Assembly: GCF_018977255.1 (NCBI RefSeq) | Contig: NW_024704743.1 | Location: forward strand, 79,548,001-79,612,000 | Direction: 5' to 3' | From: Callorhinchus milii | Taxonomy: Eukaryota | DNA: 64,000 nucleotides | Part shown: piece by piece, positions 50,120 through 60,258 of the stretch | Position numbering within the stretch: position 1 is the first letter of the stretch | Layout of the letters: the number at the start of each line of letters is the position of its first letter | Notes under the pieces: generated by a model | The model's input: the letters and a program-made list of their open reading frames with translations, nothing else | Told to the model about the DNA's origin: nothing | The model's database searches: none | Program-made: the position numbers and the translations under genes

Positions 50120-51070
50120 TAAGTCAATTGTGTCACCTTCAAAGTCCTCCATGGCCTTGCTCCTTCCTATCTCTGTGACCTGGTAACCCCCTTAATCAAC
50201 CTGTCTGCTCCCTCTGCTTAGCAAGCTCCAGCTTGCTCCACATAATAATAATAATAATAATAATAATAATCCTTGCATTTGATATAGCGCTTCTCACGTC
50301 GGGAGGACGTCGCAAAGCTCTTCACAGAACACACTGTAAAGTGAATTGACTGTATATTTGTGGGCGAACGCGGCAGCCAATTGCGCACAGCAATGTCCCA
50401 CAAACAGTCGTAGATTGAAAATGAACAATTTATTATTGGTTTTGGTTTTGGAGGGATTATTATTAGGCGTGTGGAGTAAGGAAACTTGCCCAAGGTTCGT
50501 CCTGCCTGGAATTGAACTCAGGTCTCTCTCGCTTGGAAAGCGAGAGAAACCTGAGCAGAAACCTGCTCTAACCACTGAGCTACAGGACTTCAGGTTTCCA
50601 CCAGCTTTACAGCACATCCTCTCAGTTCCATTTCAATAGAGTCCTGTGTAAGTTGTTGAAAAGTGTCCCCTCTGTGAGCACTTTATCACTGCTCTGAATT
50701 CTAAAGATATGTTTATGAAGCTGAGGGAGCATCAATTCAATTGATGACTTAATTGATCAATTAAAACCTCATTCTGACCGACTGACCTACCCCACCAACG
50801 GCGGTTGGGCCTTCAGCCTCTCTGCCCCCACTATTTAGAACTCCATCCATAGTCCCTTCACCTTGCTCTCTCCCTGCCTCCTTCAAGGATGCCTCAAGAC
50901 CCTCCTCTTCCACCGTGCCTTCAGCCATCCTCCTACTCCTATCCTCCCCGCCCTCCACCCCTCATGATCCCAACCTCCTGCTCAGGTCCAAATCCCTATT
51001 GGGTCCAGCACCTTGGAACATCCTTCCGACGTGAAAGGTGCTATACAAATGTAATTTATTGTTGTTGTTG
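50120..51070 (+). mobile_element. L2 3' end split by an insertion (pieces 50120-50241 and 50775-51070)
   Basis: FKVLHGLAPSYLCDL..LLH breaks at 50241 and resumes as ..AFSLSAP.. with the canonical tail. Confidence 0.8.
50242..50591 (-). mobile_element. Young tRNA-SINE with a rearranged head
   Basis: Near-identical to 47282-47596 except for extra sequence in the anticodon arm. Confidence 0.95.
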
Positions 51071-51119
51071 TGTAGGTGATCCCCACTAGTTAAGTATCTT
51101 GTCCCAACCATTGTACATT

Positions 51120-51350
51120 GTAATAATAATAATTATTATAATAATCTTTGCATTTCATGTCACACCTTATCATGTCTTCGAAAGGTTTCAAAGCACTTCA
51201 CAGGATTTTCCTGTAAAGTGTAGTGATTGTGTATTTTGGAGCTAAACGCAGCAATCTATTTGCGCACAGCAATGTCCCACAAACAGCAATGAAGTGAATA
51301 ATCAGTTTTATCTTGGGGATCGTTGACCAAGACATCTAGAGAAACGCCCT
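51120..51350 (-). mobile_element. Deu-SINE 3' part
   Basis: (TAA)n tail and gcgcacagcaatgtcccacaaacagc. Confidence 0.82.
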
Positions 51351-51569
51351 CTTTATACTCTGAGGTGAAACCTTTCTAAATACATTCATCTTTTAATCAT
51401 TTTGCTTGAAGGTGGTTTAGCTGCTTCATGTTATCACAAGGCAGCTACTGTGACATCAGAATAGTTTCTGTGACTTGGTGGATGGCAATGACACCAATTC
51501 TCGGCTCAGATTTCAGTGTTCACTTGAGGTGAAATGTTGATGCGCAGGCAGGTTTTTCAGTTTTTGATT

Positions 51570-51895
51570 TCAATTCAGTGTCTAGAAGTTTTTATCCATT
51601 CCTGCTTTCACTTAATGAGCACACTTGTTATCTGTTACTTCCATATCTTGGATGACCTGTTCACTTGTTGCTTGAATTGCATAGATAATACCTTCAATTG
51701 TTCCTTTACCTGTGTTGAAAATCTAGTCAATTGTTACATTCGATGTATCTTCTGTGTATGGCGGTGTTGCATCCAAAGTATACAGAGTCTTTTCCATAGT
51801 TACTTTCAATCTATGCACAATCTAATTACTGCCTACCTTCAGTGTCTAGCCTGTTTGTTCCATTGCTTCCTTCACTCATACAACCTTGACGATAA
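51570..51895 (-). pseudogene. Decayed coding remnant with 11-residue amphipathic helical repeats (perilipin/ADIRF/FAM25/apolipoprotein-like pattern)
   Basis: One minus frame, no frameshift: VKEAMEQTG*T LKVGSN*IVHR LKVTMEKTLYT LDATPPYTEDT SNVTID*IFNT GKGTIEGIIYA IQATSEQVIQD MEVTDNKCAH* VKAGMDKNF*T; ttttAG acceptor-like site at 51897-51896. Confidence 0.5.
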
Positions 51896-52309
51896 CTAAA
51901 ATATTAGTGATTGGATTCCAACACCAACATTAACATATACCAAGAAGTGAGAAACAATTCACTTTGCAGATAATGCTTGGTGCCCCTTCGCTCATGGAGA
52001 TCAAAGAATTACAACAGAATTTATCAAGATTTTGCATCCTTGAGATAATCGGTCATTTGGAGATTATCTTAGAAGATAAGGATACTCCCAAGTATGAATG
52101 GCATTACAGGTGAATTCAGTTTTTTTCATTCATTATTAGAGCTTGTGTTATCTCATAATATTTAATGCTTATTTTATTATTTTTAATGGGGCGCTGTTTA
52201 TTTTTGTAGTATTTAGCTTGTTCAATGATAATTATACAGCATCTGCACAGTTGTTATTGGTTTGTTTGATACCAGGCACATTTGAGTAAGGTACTGAAGT
52301 ACTATAGTG

Positions 52310-52633
52310 TATTCTTTAGTATACTTGCCTCGCGAGCGAGAAACCTGGGTTCGATTGCCGGCCAATGCGAAATGTTAGGCAAGTATTCTTACTCCACACG
52401 CATCTGTGTACCTGGCAGTAGGTGGGAATCTGGTTGTTAATCGATTGCCGATCGCTTTTCTGGAGGTAATAATCCCTTCAAGATAAATACAAATATTAAT
52501 TTGGTCACTCAATCCACAACTGTTTGTGGGACACTGCTGTACGCAATTGGCTTTACAGTGAATTCTGTGAAATCCTTTGAGACATCTCGAAGATGTGATA
52601 AGGCACTATATCAAATGCAAGTATTATTATTAT
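52310..52633 (+). mobile_element. tRNA-SINE, long subfamily
   Basis: cctcgcgagcgagaaacctgggttcgatt, long internal segment and tail. Confidence 0.88.
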
Positions 52634-53544
52634 TCATTAAATAGAGAATGACAAGACTCTGATGAAGATTGAGAGGATGGAAACATCGTATTATTATTAA
52701 TGAAGGAAGGTGCTTTTCCTTGACAGGCTTTCCTTTCCTGCACAGAATTCAGCAGACTTTCTCCTCCCAGGAGAATGAAGAGCATGTTTTATCACCTGAG
52801 AGTATGCACAGATCTGCTATAACTGCAGAACTGTGTTATTACTTCTGCTAGCTGAAGTAATAACGCTGGCAAAGCAGGACTAATGGAGAATGGCCTTCAC
52901 ACTGTTCAGTCTGAACAATGTGGTAGGAACATCTTTTAACAACTTTCATCTGCGGCTGCTATCCAACCATTCCCAGAATCAGTGCCAAAATATATTTTTG
53001 CAGCTGAAGAGGAATTCAAACCCAAATATTGTACAGGAAGTTGCAACAAATTGCACAAAGATGTGTCCAGTGAGATTTATAGCACAAGAAATGAAAGACA
53101 TTTCAGCCATTATTAATACCCTGCTGATTCGAAAACTTCAAAATAGGTTGATCAGAATGGTGAAATTGCATTTGATATCTCATGATAACAGTGCTGTTTA
53201 AAACAGACCTTGCGTAATAATGAAATACAAAACAATTGCCATCTTCTGAGTAATCTGGTCACCAGTGATGTCACTTCCTGCACATTGCAGGCATACTCAC
53301 TGGCTTCTCATGCAAAAAAATCACTTCCCTTGCGAATTGCTGTCGACAGCATCTTCTGCACATATTGTGAATGTACAGCATCCAGAAAGTGATGTTAACT
53401 GCAACCTGATGAGCTGGATGTTAGCCAGTTATTAGCACACAGGAATCTGGCCATTCTATGTGCCAAAGCCAATCAGGGATCCACAGGACATCCATCTTAT
53501 AAGGTGGCACTTTGTAATGGAATTGCACTGTTGCGCCCTATTAC

Positions 53545-53890
53545 CAGCGCTTTTGGACGTTCTCCTGACCTGAAAGGCGCTATATAAATGTAATTTGTAT
53601 TGTATTGTATGTTAAAATGTCTCAAAGCAGTTCACAGAGTTCTCTTTAACATGTAATGACTGTGCATTGGAATGACACATTTACAAACAGCAATGTTCCA
53701 TGAACAGCCATGAAGTGAATGACCAAAATTCTTTTATCTGGGGATATCGGGAGAAACTCCTTTCTCTTTTTTAAACAGTGACATGGAATCTTTAACATCC
53801 ATCTTAACAGGCTTACAGGACCTCAATTTAATGTTTCATTCAAAGATTGGCGTCCCTTACACTCCCTCAGCACTGTATTGGAGGTCAGAC
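53545..53890. mobile_element. L2 tail with (TTGTA)n (+) followed by a Deu-SINE (-)
   Basis: cagcgcttttggacg..gaaaggcgctatataaatgtaatttgtattgtattgta, then a reverse Deu core. Confidence 0.75.
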
Positions 53891-53925
53891 GAGACTAAAA
53901 ACTCAAAGTTCTGTAACTAAGAACT

Positions 53926-54305
53926 GGAGTCCTGGAGCTTAGTGGTTAGAACACTTGCCTCGCAAACAAGAGGACCTTGGTTTGATTCCCAGGCAGGGTG
54001 AAACATTGGGCAAGGTTCCTTATTCCACACACGTGTTTACCTAACAGTAAGTAGGAACCTGGTTGTTAGTCGATTGGCAGATTGTTTTTCCCGCGATAAT
54101 AATTCCTTACAAAAAAAATGAAAACAAAAAAATAATAATTTGGTTACTCAATCCATGTGGGACACTGCTGTGCGCAATTTGCTGCCATGTTTCGACCGCA
54201 AAATATACAGCCAATTCACTTTACAGTATATTCTGTGAGTTACTTTCAGACGTCTCGAAGGCATGATAAAACGCTGTATCAAATGCAAAGGTTATTATTA
54301 TTATC
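53926..54305 (+). mobile_element. Full-length tRNA-SINE, long subfamily
   Basis: Head, gggcaaggttccttattccacac, gtttacctaacagtaagtaggaacc, Deu 3' part and tail. Confidence 0.9.
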
Positions 54306-54744
54306 ATTCTCTCCCAGTTCAGGTACAGTATAGCAGCATAGAATACCTAATATTCCTATCCCCAGTGGAGGTCTAAAATGTGATGTTCACAAACAGTGAC
54401 TGAGTTGTAAAATGTACCAGAATGTAAATTCCGGTTATAACTGAATCTTTGGGAAGTTGATACCAACAAGATCCACTCACTTCTGGTTATTAATTAATCG
54501 TGTCTCTGTGTGTGTTGCATTTTAAACTGCCTTATGACAGGAGCAGCCTTGCTGCAGCAATGGGACATTTTCAATGTCAGCCAGTGACTTCCTTTGAGTC
54601 ACACTGGGGGGAAATGCCTCATTCCCAAAATGGAAGGGGCTCTGCTACTTCTGGTTTGTGACTGAAATGAATTAGATATCAGGTTTGTGGAATGATTTGT
54701 GGGGAAGAAATTACCAAGCAGTGCTATGAATAGTAAACTATGAT

Positions 54745-54978
54745 GTTTTAGCAGGTTAGACTCCGGCTGTACTCCAACGCACACTCTGAGGTCCCCAAGC
54801 CTTGGCTCTTGTCAATCTGTACCTAATACTTTCCGGAATTAGGTAAGCGGGATGTGTCCCTCCAGGGAGAGAATGTGCATTCCATTTCATTCCTTTCCTT
54901 GAATTTCCATTTGTAGGTGGGATGCATGAAATTCTCAATTTGGTTTGGACGCTCTTAAGCATGATGATGGGTTTCCAC
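54745..54978 (+). mobile_element. Right half of the long-TIR DNA element family
   Basis: ccaagccttggctcttg..gatgtgtccctccagggagag..ggtttggacgctcttaagcatgatgatgggtttcc. Confidence 0.8.
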
Positions 54979-55126
54979 AAGTTTCCCAGCTGATAAAAAA
55001 GAGAGATTCCCAAAGATTGGCATAGACTGCTGACCATTTGTTGGACTTATGCGGCTTTACTCAGCTGAGAAACAGTGCCATAGCAAAACACCAGAAGTCA
55101 GCCTACACTAAACACTCACGATCCAT

Positions 55127-55495
55127 TGGAGGCCTGTAGCTCAGTGGTTAGAGTACTCGCTTCACAAGCGAGAGATCCTGGCTTTAATTCTGACAGTGCG
55201 AAATATTTCATTATTTTACACACCTCTGTTTATCTAGCAGTATGTGGGAACCCGGATGCTAGTCGATCGGCAAATCACTTTTCTGGGGGCAATAATTCCA
55301 TCAAAATAAATAAAAATAATTTGGTCACTAAATCCACGACCGCTTGTGGGACACTATTGTGAGCGATTGGCTGCTGCGTTTCACCCACAAAATATACATC
55401 AATTCACTTATAGTATATTCTGTAAAACGGTTTGAAACGTCTCGAAGACATGATAAGGCGCTATATCAAATGCAAGGATTATTATTATTATTATT
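55127..55495 (+). mobile_element. Full-length tRNA-SINE, long subfamily
   Basis: ggaggcctgtagctcagtggttagag..cctctgtttatctagcagta..tail and (TTA)n. Confidence 0.9.
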
Positions 55496-56519
55496 GTGGG
55501 CTTTGAACGTACAACTTTCAGGACTAGAGGAAAGAGTGCTACCAAATGAGGCAAATTGACATAGTAATGATGTTAGGAGCATTGTAGCTATTGAGCAGTC
55601 TGGTTGTAACACAGCATTTTTTCCTGTTGCTGCTATCAACCATTCCAAGAATTAGTGCCAAAGAATACTTTTCCAGCTGAAGGGGAATTCAAATCAAAAT
55701 ATTGTGTTTTCCAGCCAGGAAGTTACACCAATTCACGCAAAAATGTGTCTGGTGTGGAAAGAAATTCCACACGTCAATTTGCTGATGATTTCAAACTATA
55801 GAATTATTAGGAAATTTGATAGTTCTAGGAAATGGAACTCTCTCCATTTCAGGTACTCTGCCACCATCGAGCATTTGGTTAATTGGCTGCAGCACTCACT
55901 CGTTTTACAATTCCGCTTAAACTTCAAACCAATATCCTCTGTTCTCTTTATGTTTTTTTGATACACACAGAAAAAGACACTCATAGCTCAGCGTGTTTTA
56001 TCTTACTCTGTTCCAGGTTTCAGCAATTCAGACAGGCCGACAACCACATGTTGAGAACCCATTGCTATGAAATGTTCAATGCTAATTCATGGAAGTACCA
56101 TGACCTGATCACTCCTGCTAATTGAAATGTAGTTTTCAATTGGGCTTTTAAGAAGATGCATGTGTTGAGACAACAAAAAAAATTGATTTCAGTCACTAAA
56201 TAACACTGTACTGTTGTCTTTATTTACCATTAAAAATAAGGTGAAGGCCCATAGTGCAGGATATCACCACTATTTAAATACTGGAGTGAAAACACGCCAG
56301 AACTAGTGATGCTAAGTTTCTGTTTTAAAAGTCGCAACAAGAGTTTGTAAAAGATCAACCTAATGTAGAGTTATGGAGATTAAGGTCGGAACAAGTTAGA
56401 GTAAGACACAGAAGGTCGAGTTCAGATTTTAAGATGAGGAATCAAGGAGGAGATAGAATATGTAAGTAGCTGGGGAGGAATCAGAGAGGAAAGGCAAAGG
56501 GCCAATGATCATTGTAGAA

Positions 56520-56637
56520 TTCGCCTACAAAATATACAGCCAATTCACTTTACATTATATTCTGTGACGTGCTTTGCGACGTCTCGAAGACGTGATAAGG
56601 CGCTATATCAAATGCAAGGATTATTAATATTATTATT
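56520..56637 (+). mobile_element. SINE 3' tail
   Basis: gacgtctcgaagacgtgataaggcgctatatcaaatgcaagg followed by (TTA)n. Confidence 0.88.
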
Positions 56638-56907
56638 CATTAAATAGAGACTCTGATGAAGATTGAGAGGATTAAAACCAGAGGCAAGAGATGAATTGCC
56701 TATCAGAGTGCATATACTTTACATACAATATGACCTTGTCTGTGAGTTGAGTAAGGCAACAGAAAATCCTTCAGCTTGCTACAGAAAACAAAAGTTGTTT
56801 ATTCAATTTTTGCTTTTACATTCATAAGGAATTTGTATCCTTATCCAATACTTTGACAATTTGATCGATGTTGGTAACATCCAAGTAGTCACTGGTAGAG
56901 ATGCACA

Positions 56908-57239
56908 CTAATAATAATAATAATAATAATAATCCTTGCATTTGATATAGCGCTTTTCACGTCGGGAGGACGTCCCAAAGCGCTTCACAGAACACACTGT
57001 AAAGTGAATTGACTGTATATATTTGTGGGCGAACGCGGCAGCCAATTGCGCACAGCAATGTCCCACAAACAGTCGTACATTGAAAATGACCAATTTATTA
57101 TTGTTTTGTTTTGGAGGGATTATTATTAGGCTCTGTGTGGAGTAAGGAAACTTGCCCAATGTTTCGCCCTGTCTGGAATTGAACTCAGGTCTCTCGCTTG
57201 CAAAGCGAGTGCTCTAACCACTGAGCTGCAGGACTCCAC
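56908..57239 (-). mobile_element. Full-length young tRNA-SINE (short subfamily)
   Basis: Reverse complement nearly identical to 47282-47596. Confidence 0.96.
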
Positions 57240-57929
57240 TAATGGATCGAGCTCCATTTAATACACCAGACCTTTTTAGCAGTAGGTATTTAAGGGGAAA
57301 AAAAGATGAATGAAAAGAAACAATTGTTGGGAACCTTTAAAAATTATCGGATGTTATATTTTGAAGATTGTTGTGCTCCTGAAATTCAGAGATTTGTCAG
57401 TTTTGCGATGTGGTGTGTCTTTTCATTTTTCTGACTCAGTGCCAAGACCAATCGTTTTCCACTGTGAACAAACACAGGGTAAATAATGGGACAGAACTCC
57501 AACATCAGAACAACACCTACTATTGTATCACTTCCGTTTTCCACACCAGCAATCTAACAGGCATGCTAATTTAGTGGTCAATCATTAAATATTTCCACAT
57601 CAAAGTGCACAGTGGCCAAATACAGGGTAAACAATGTGGTTAAACCCCAACCTCAGCACCTACCACTGTGTCATCTCTGTTTCCCACATTGGCCATCATG
57701 ACCTCTCTGATAGAGATAATAGTTTACTAGTCTAAAATCATGTGAAGTAGTGCATTTGTGCCACCTGGAAACTGAAGATTGCTCAGACTCATTTCATATT
57801 GAATCAGTAGTGGCATTTACCAATTTCATTTTGTCACTTCAGAGCACTGTGGAACTCACAACACAATTCAGTTTTTCTGCTTGTTGTACGGAAAGAACAG
57901 GGGGTGAAATACTATCCCTGGTGAAATTC

Positions 57930-58241
57930 TAATAATAATAAATCCTTCCATTTGATATAGTGCTTTTTCATGTCTTCGAGACGTCTCAAAGCGCTTCACA
58001 AAATATACTGTAAAGTGAATTGACTGAATATTTGTAGGCAAAACATGGCAGCCAATTGCGCACAGCAGTGTCCCACAAATAGTCATGACCAAATTAGTCG
58101 TGGATTGAGTGACCAAATTCTTATTGTGTTTTTTTTCTTGAGGGATTATTATCAGGCATGTGGAGTAAGGAAACTTCGCCCTGCCGGGAATCAAACCCAG
58201 GTCTCTCGCTTGCGAGGCGAATGCTCTAACCACAGGACTCC
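57930..58241 (-). mobile_element. tRNA-SINE (short subfamily, older tail type)
   Basis: Head at 58180-58241; tail gagacgtctcgaagacatg. Confidence 0.9.
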
Positions 58242-58381
58242 ATATGAGCTATCACACCCAAGGCCACTGATAACCATATAATAATTTGTATACAATTACA
58301 TATAACATTATGGCACAGAAGAAGGCCATTCAACCCAACTAGTCCATGCCATTTTTTATACCCCACATGATCTTCAATAGC

Positions 58382-58549
58382 AATAATAATAATAATAATA
58401 TAATAATCCTTGCATTTGATATAGCGCTTTTCATGTTGGGAGGACGTCCCAAAGCGCTTCACAGAACACACTGTAAAGTGAATTGACTGTATATTTGTGG
58501 GCGAACGCGGCAGCCAATTGCGCACAGCAATGTCCCACAAACAGTCGTG
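58382..58549 (-). mobile_element. 5'-truncated young SINE, with a roughly 25-bp tandem duplication at its 5' junction (58547-58595)
   Basis: Young tail; gtgaaacatcaaatatcattatat occurs twice. Confidence 0.9.
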
Positions 58550-60057
58550 AAACATCAAATATCATTATATGGTGAAAACATCAAATATCATTATATACCA
58601 CATCCCTCCCACCCCCATACATACACCTCCATTGTATTTTTTAAAAGTTTACCAAATTCGGGGAGCCAAACAGTGGAAGAGTAAAAGTAAATTTATAGTT
58701 TTTTTTGTGATGGTTCAGTCACACAGAAATATTCCTTATCCAGCGCTCACTGCTGATAGTACCATTCAACAAGTGAGGAGAGTCTCAAGTGATCACAGCG
58801 TGGCATTGCAAAAGGTCTTTTGATAAGGTACAATACAATTTAACATTTATATAGCCCCTTTCACATCAGGAGGACGTCCTGACGCAAAGTAGTTAGGGAG
58901 GGGAACATAGTGGCCAGAATCAGCAATCATGCAAGGGAAAAGACTTGATCAAAATTGGAACCTAGATTTATCATGTATCCCAGGAACCTGTATTGTGCAC
59001 ATGGGGTTTCCTGCAGCTCTCACCCTCCAAAGCCACGTCTCTGTCTATGTCCTGAATTACCAAACTTCCCATTGGCAATCTGCCAACAAAGGAAAGTATT
59101 ACAAAATTTTGCAGACAGTTAGATGGGCCAATTACAGGCATTATCACAAAGATATGTATATGACACTTACCCCTCACCACACAGCACAATTCCTATTTTC
59201 AAAAAAGACAAATAAACTGTTAGACAAATGTTGGCTGCTTGGTCATTAAAGTATATAAAATATTTCTACATGGCATATGAAATGTAGTTAGTGATATCAA
59301 TACACAATGAAAATGGTGTGAAGCTACACAATAACACAAGGCAATTTATTGTCCTTGTCACATTTCTTTGTCATGAAAAGTCATGTCACCTTCAGTATCT
59401 AATAACATTGCCGTGTACCAACATTCTCGAAGAAGTGATGACAGAAAAAGTCAATACAAGGAGAAAAATTAGTGCTTGCACAGTTAGTACAGACATAATA
59501 CAGGTTTCATAGGTGTAAGAGTCCAGTACCTTGGGTGTCCTCCTGATGTAAAAGGCACTACATAAATATAAATTTGTACCTTATTGCCTTGGGTAAGGAT
59601 AGAACTGCAGAACTGCAGTTATTTATCCAGTCCAGGGCAGCCTGTGTGCAATGTAGTCTGAAAGTGTTCTGTGAAGTCCTATGTTAGTCTACATGGAGAA
59701 GAAAATTCAGTCTGGGGGTGGGGGTTTCAGCTGAGGTATTTCACCTTTGTGTATGTATGATTTTCTGAACAGCAACTTTTTTTCAAAAAGGTCTTTTTCA
59801 ATAATTTCCCAGCGCACATTCCACCTCTCCTCTTTTGCTTTCTCAAGGTCTTTCTGAGCTGTACAACTGTCGATGCTGTAAGCAAAGGAAGTAGAGGGTT
59901 TTATAGCTTCATTATCACTTGTGCGGCTGAGTTTCTAAACTCTGACAGGGTTCACCTGAGTGAAAGAACACACTTCCCCGGTGGAACGTGCCATTGCAAC
60001 AAGTAAACTATTGCCTGAGCAGAGATAAGATGGCAGTGACATGTGCACCTGGCAGCT

Positions 60058-60258
60058 TACAACAACAACCAAATTACATTTGTATAGTGTCTTTCACGTC
60101 GGGAGGACATCCCAAGGCGCTGGACAGTCAGGGATTTGGACCCGAGCTGGGGGTCGGAATCGGGGAGGGTGGAGGGCAGGCAGGTGATCGAAAGCACGGT
60201 CAAAGAGGAAGGCCTCGAGACGGGTCTTCAAGGAGGCAAGGGAGGGGGTGAGGCTGAG
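60058..60258 (-). mobile_element. L2 LINE 3' end
   Basis: (CAA)n, cacgtcgggaggacatcccaaggcgctggacag and the antisense of LKTRLEAFLFD. Confidence 0.9.

Noticed and set aside
51534..51899. 121-aa Cys/His-rich plus-strand protein
   Set aside because: Its composition is what the in-register antisense of the minus-strand 11-mer frame would give, and it has no recognisable metal-binding spacing
53293..53410. Minus-strand exon ending at GTGAGT (53300)
   Set aside because: No convincing acceptor or pyrimidine tract upstream and no recognisable peptide
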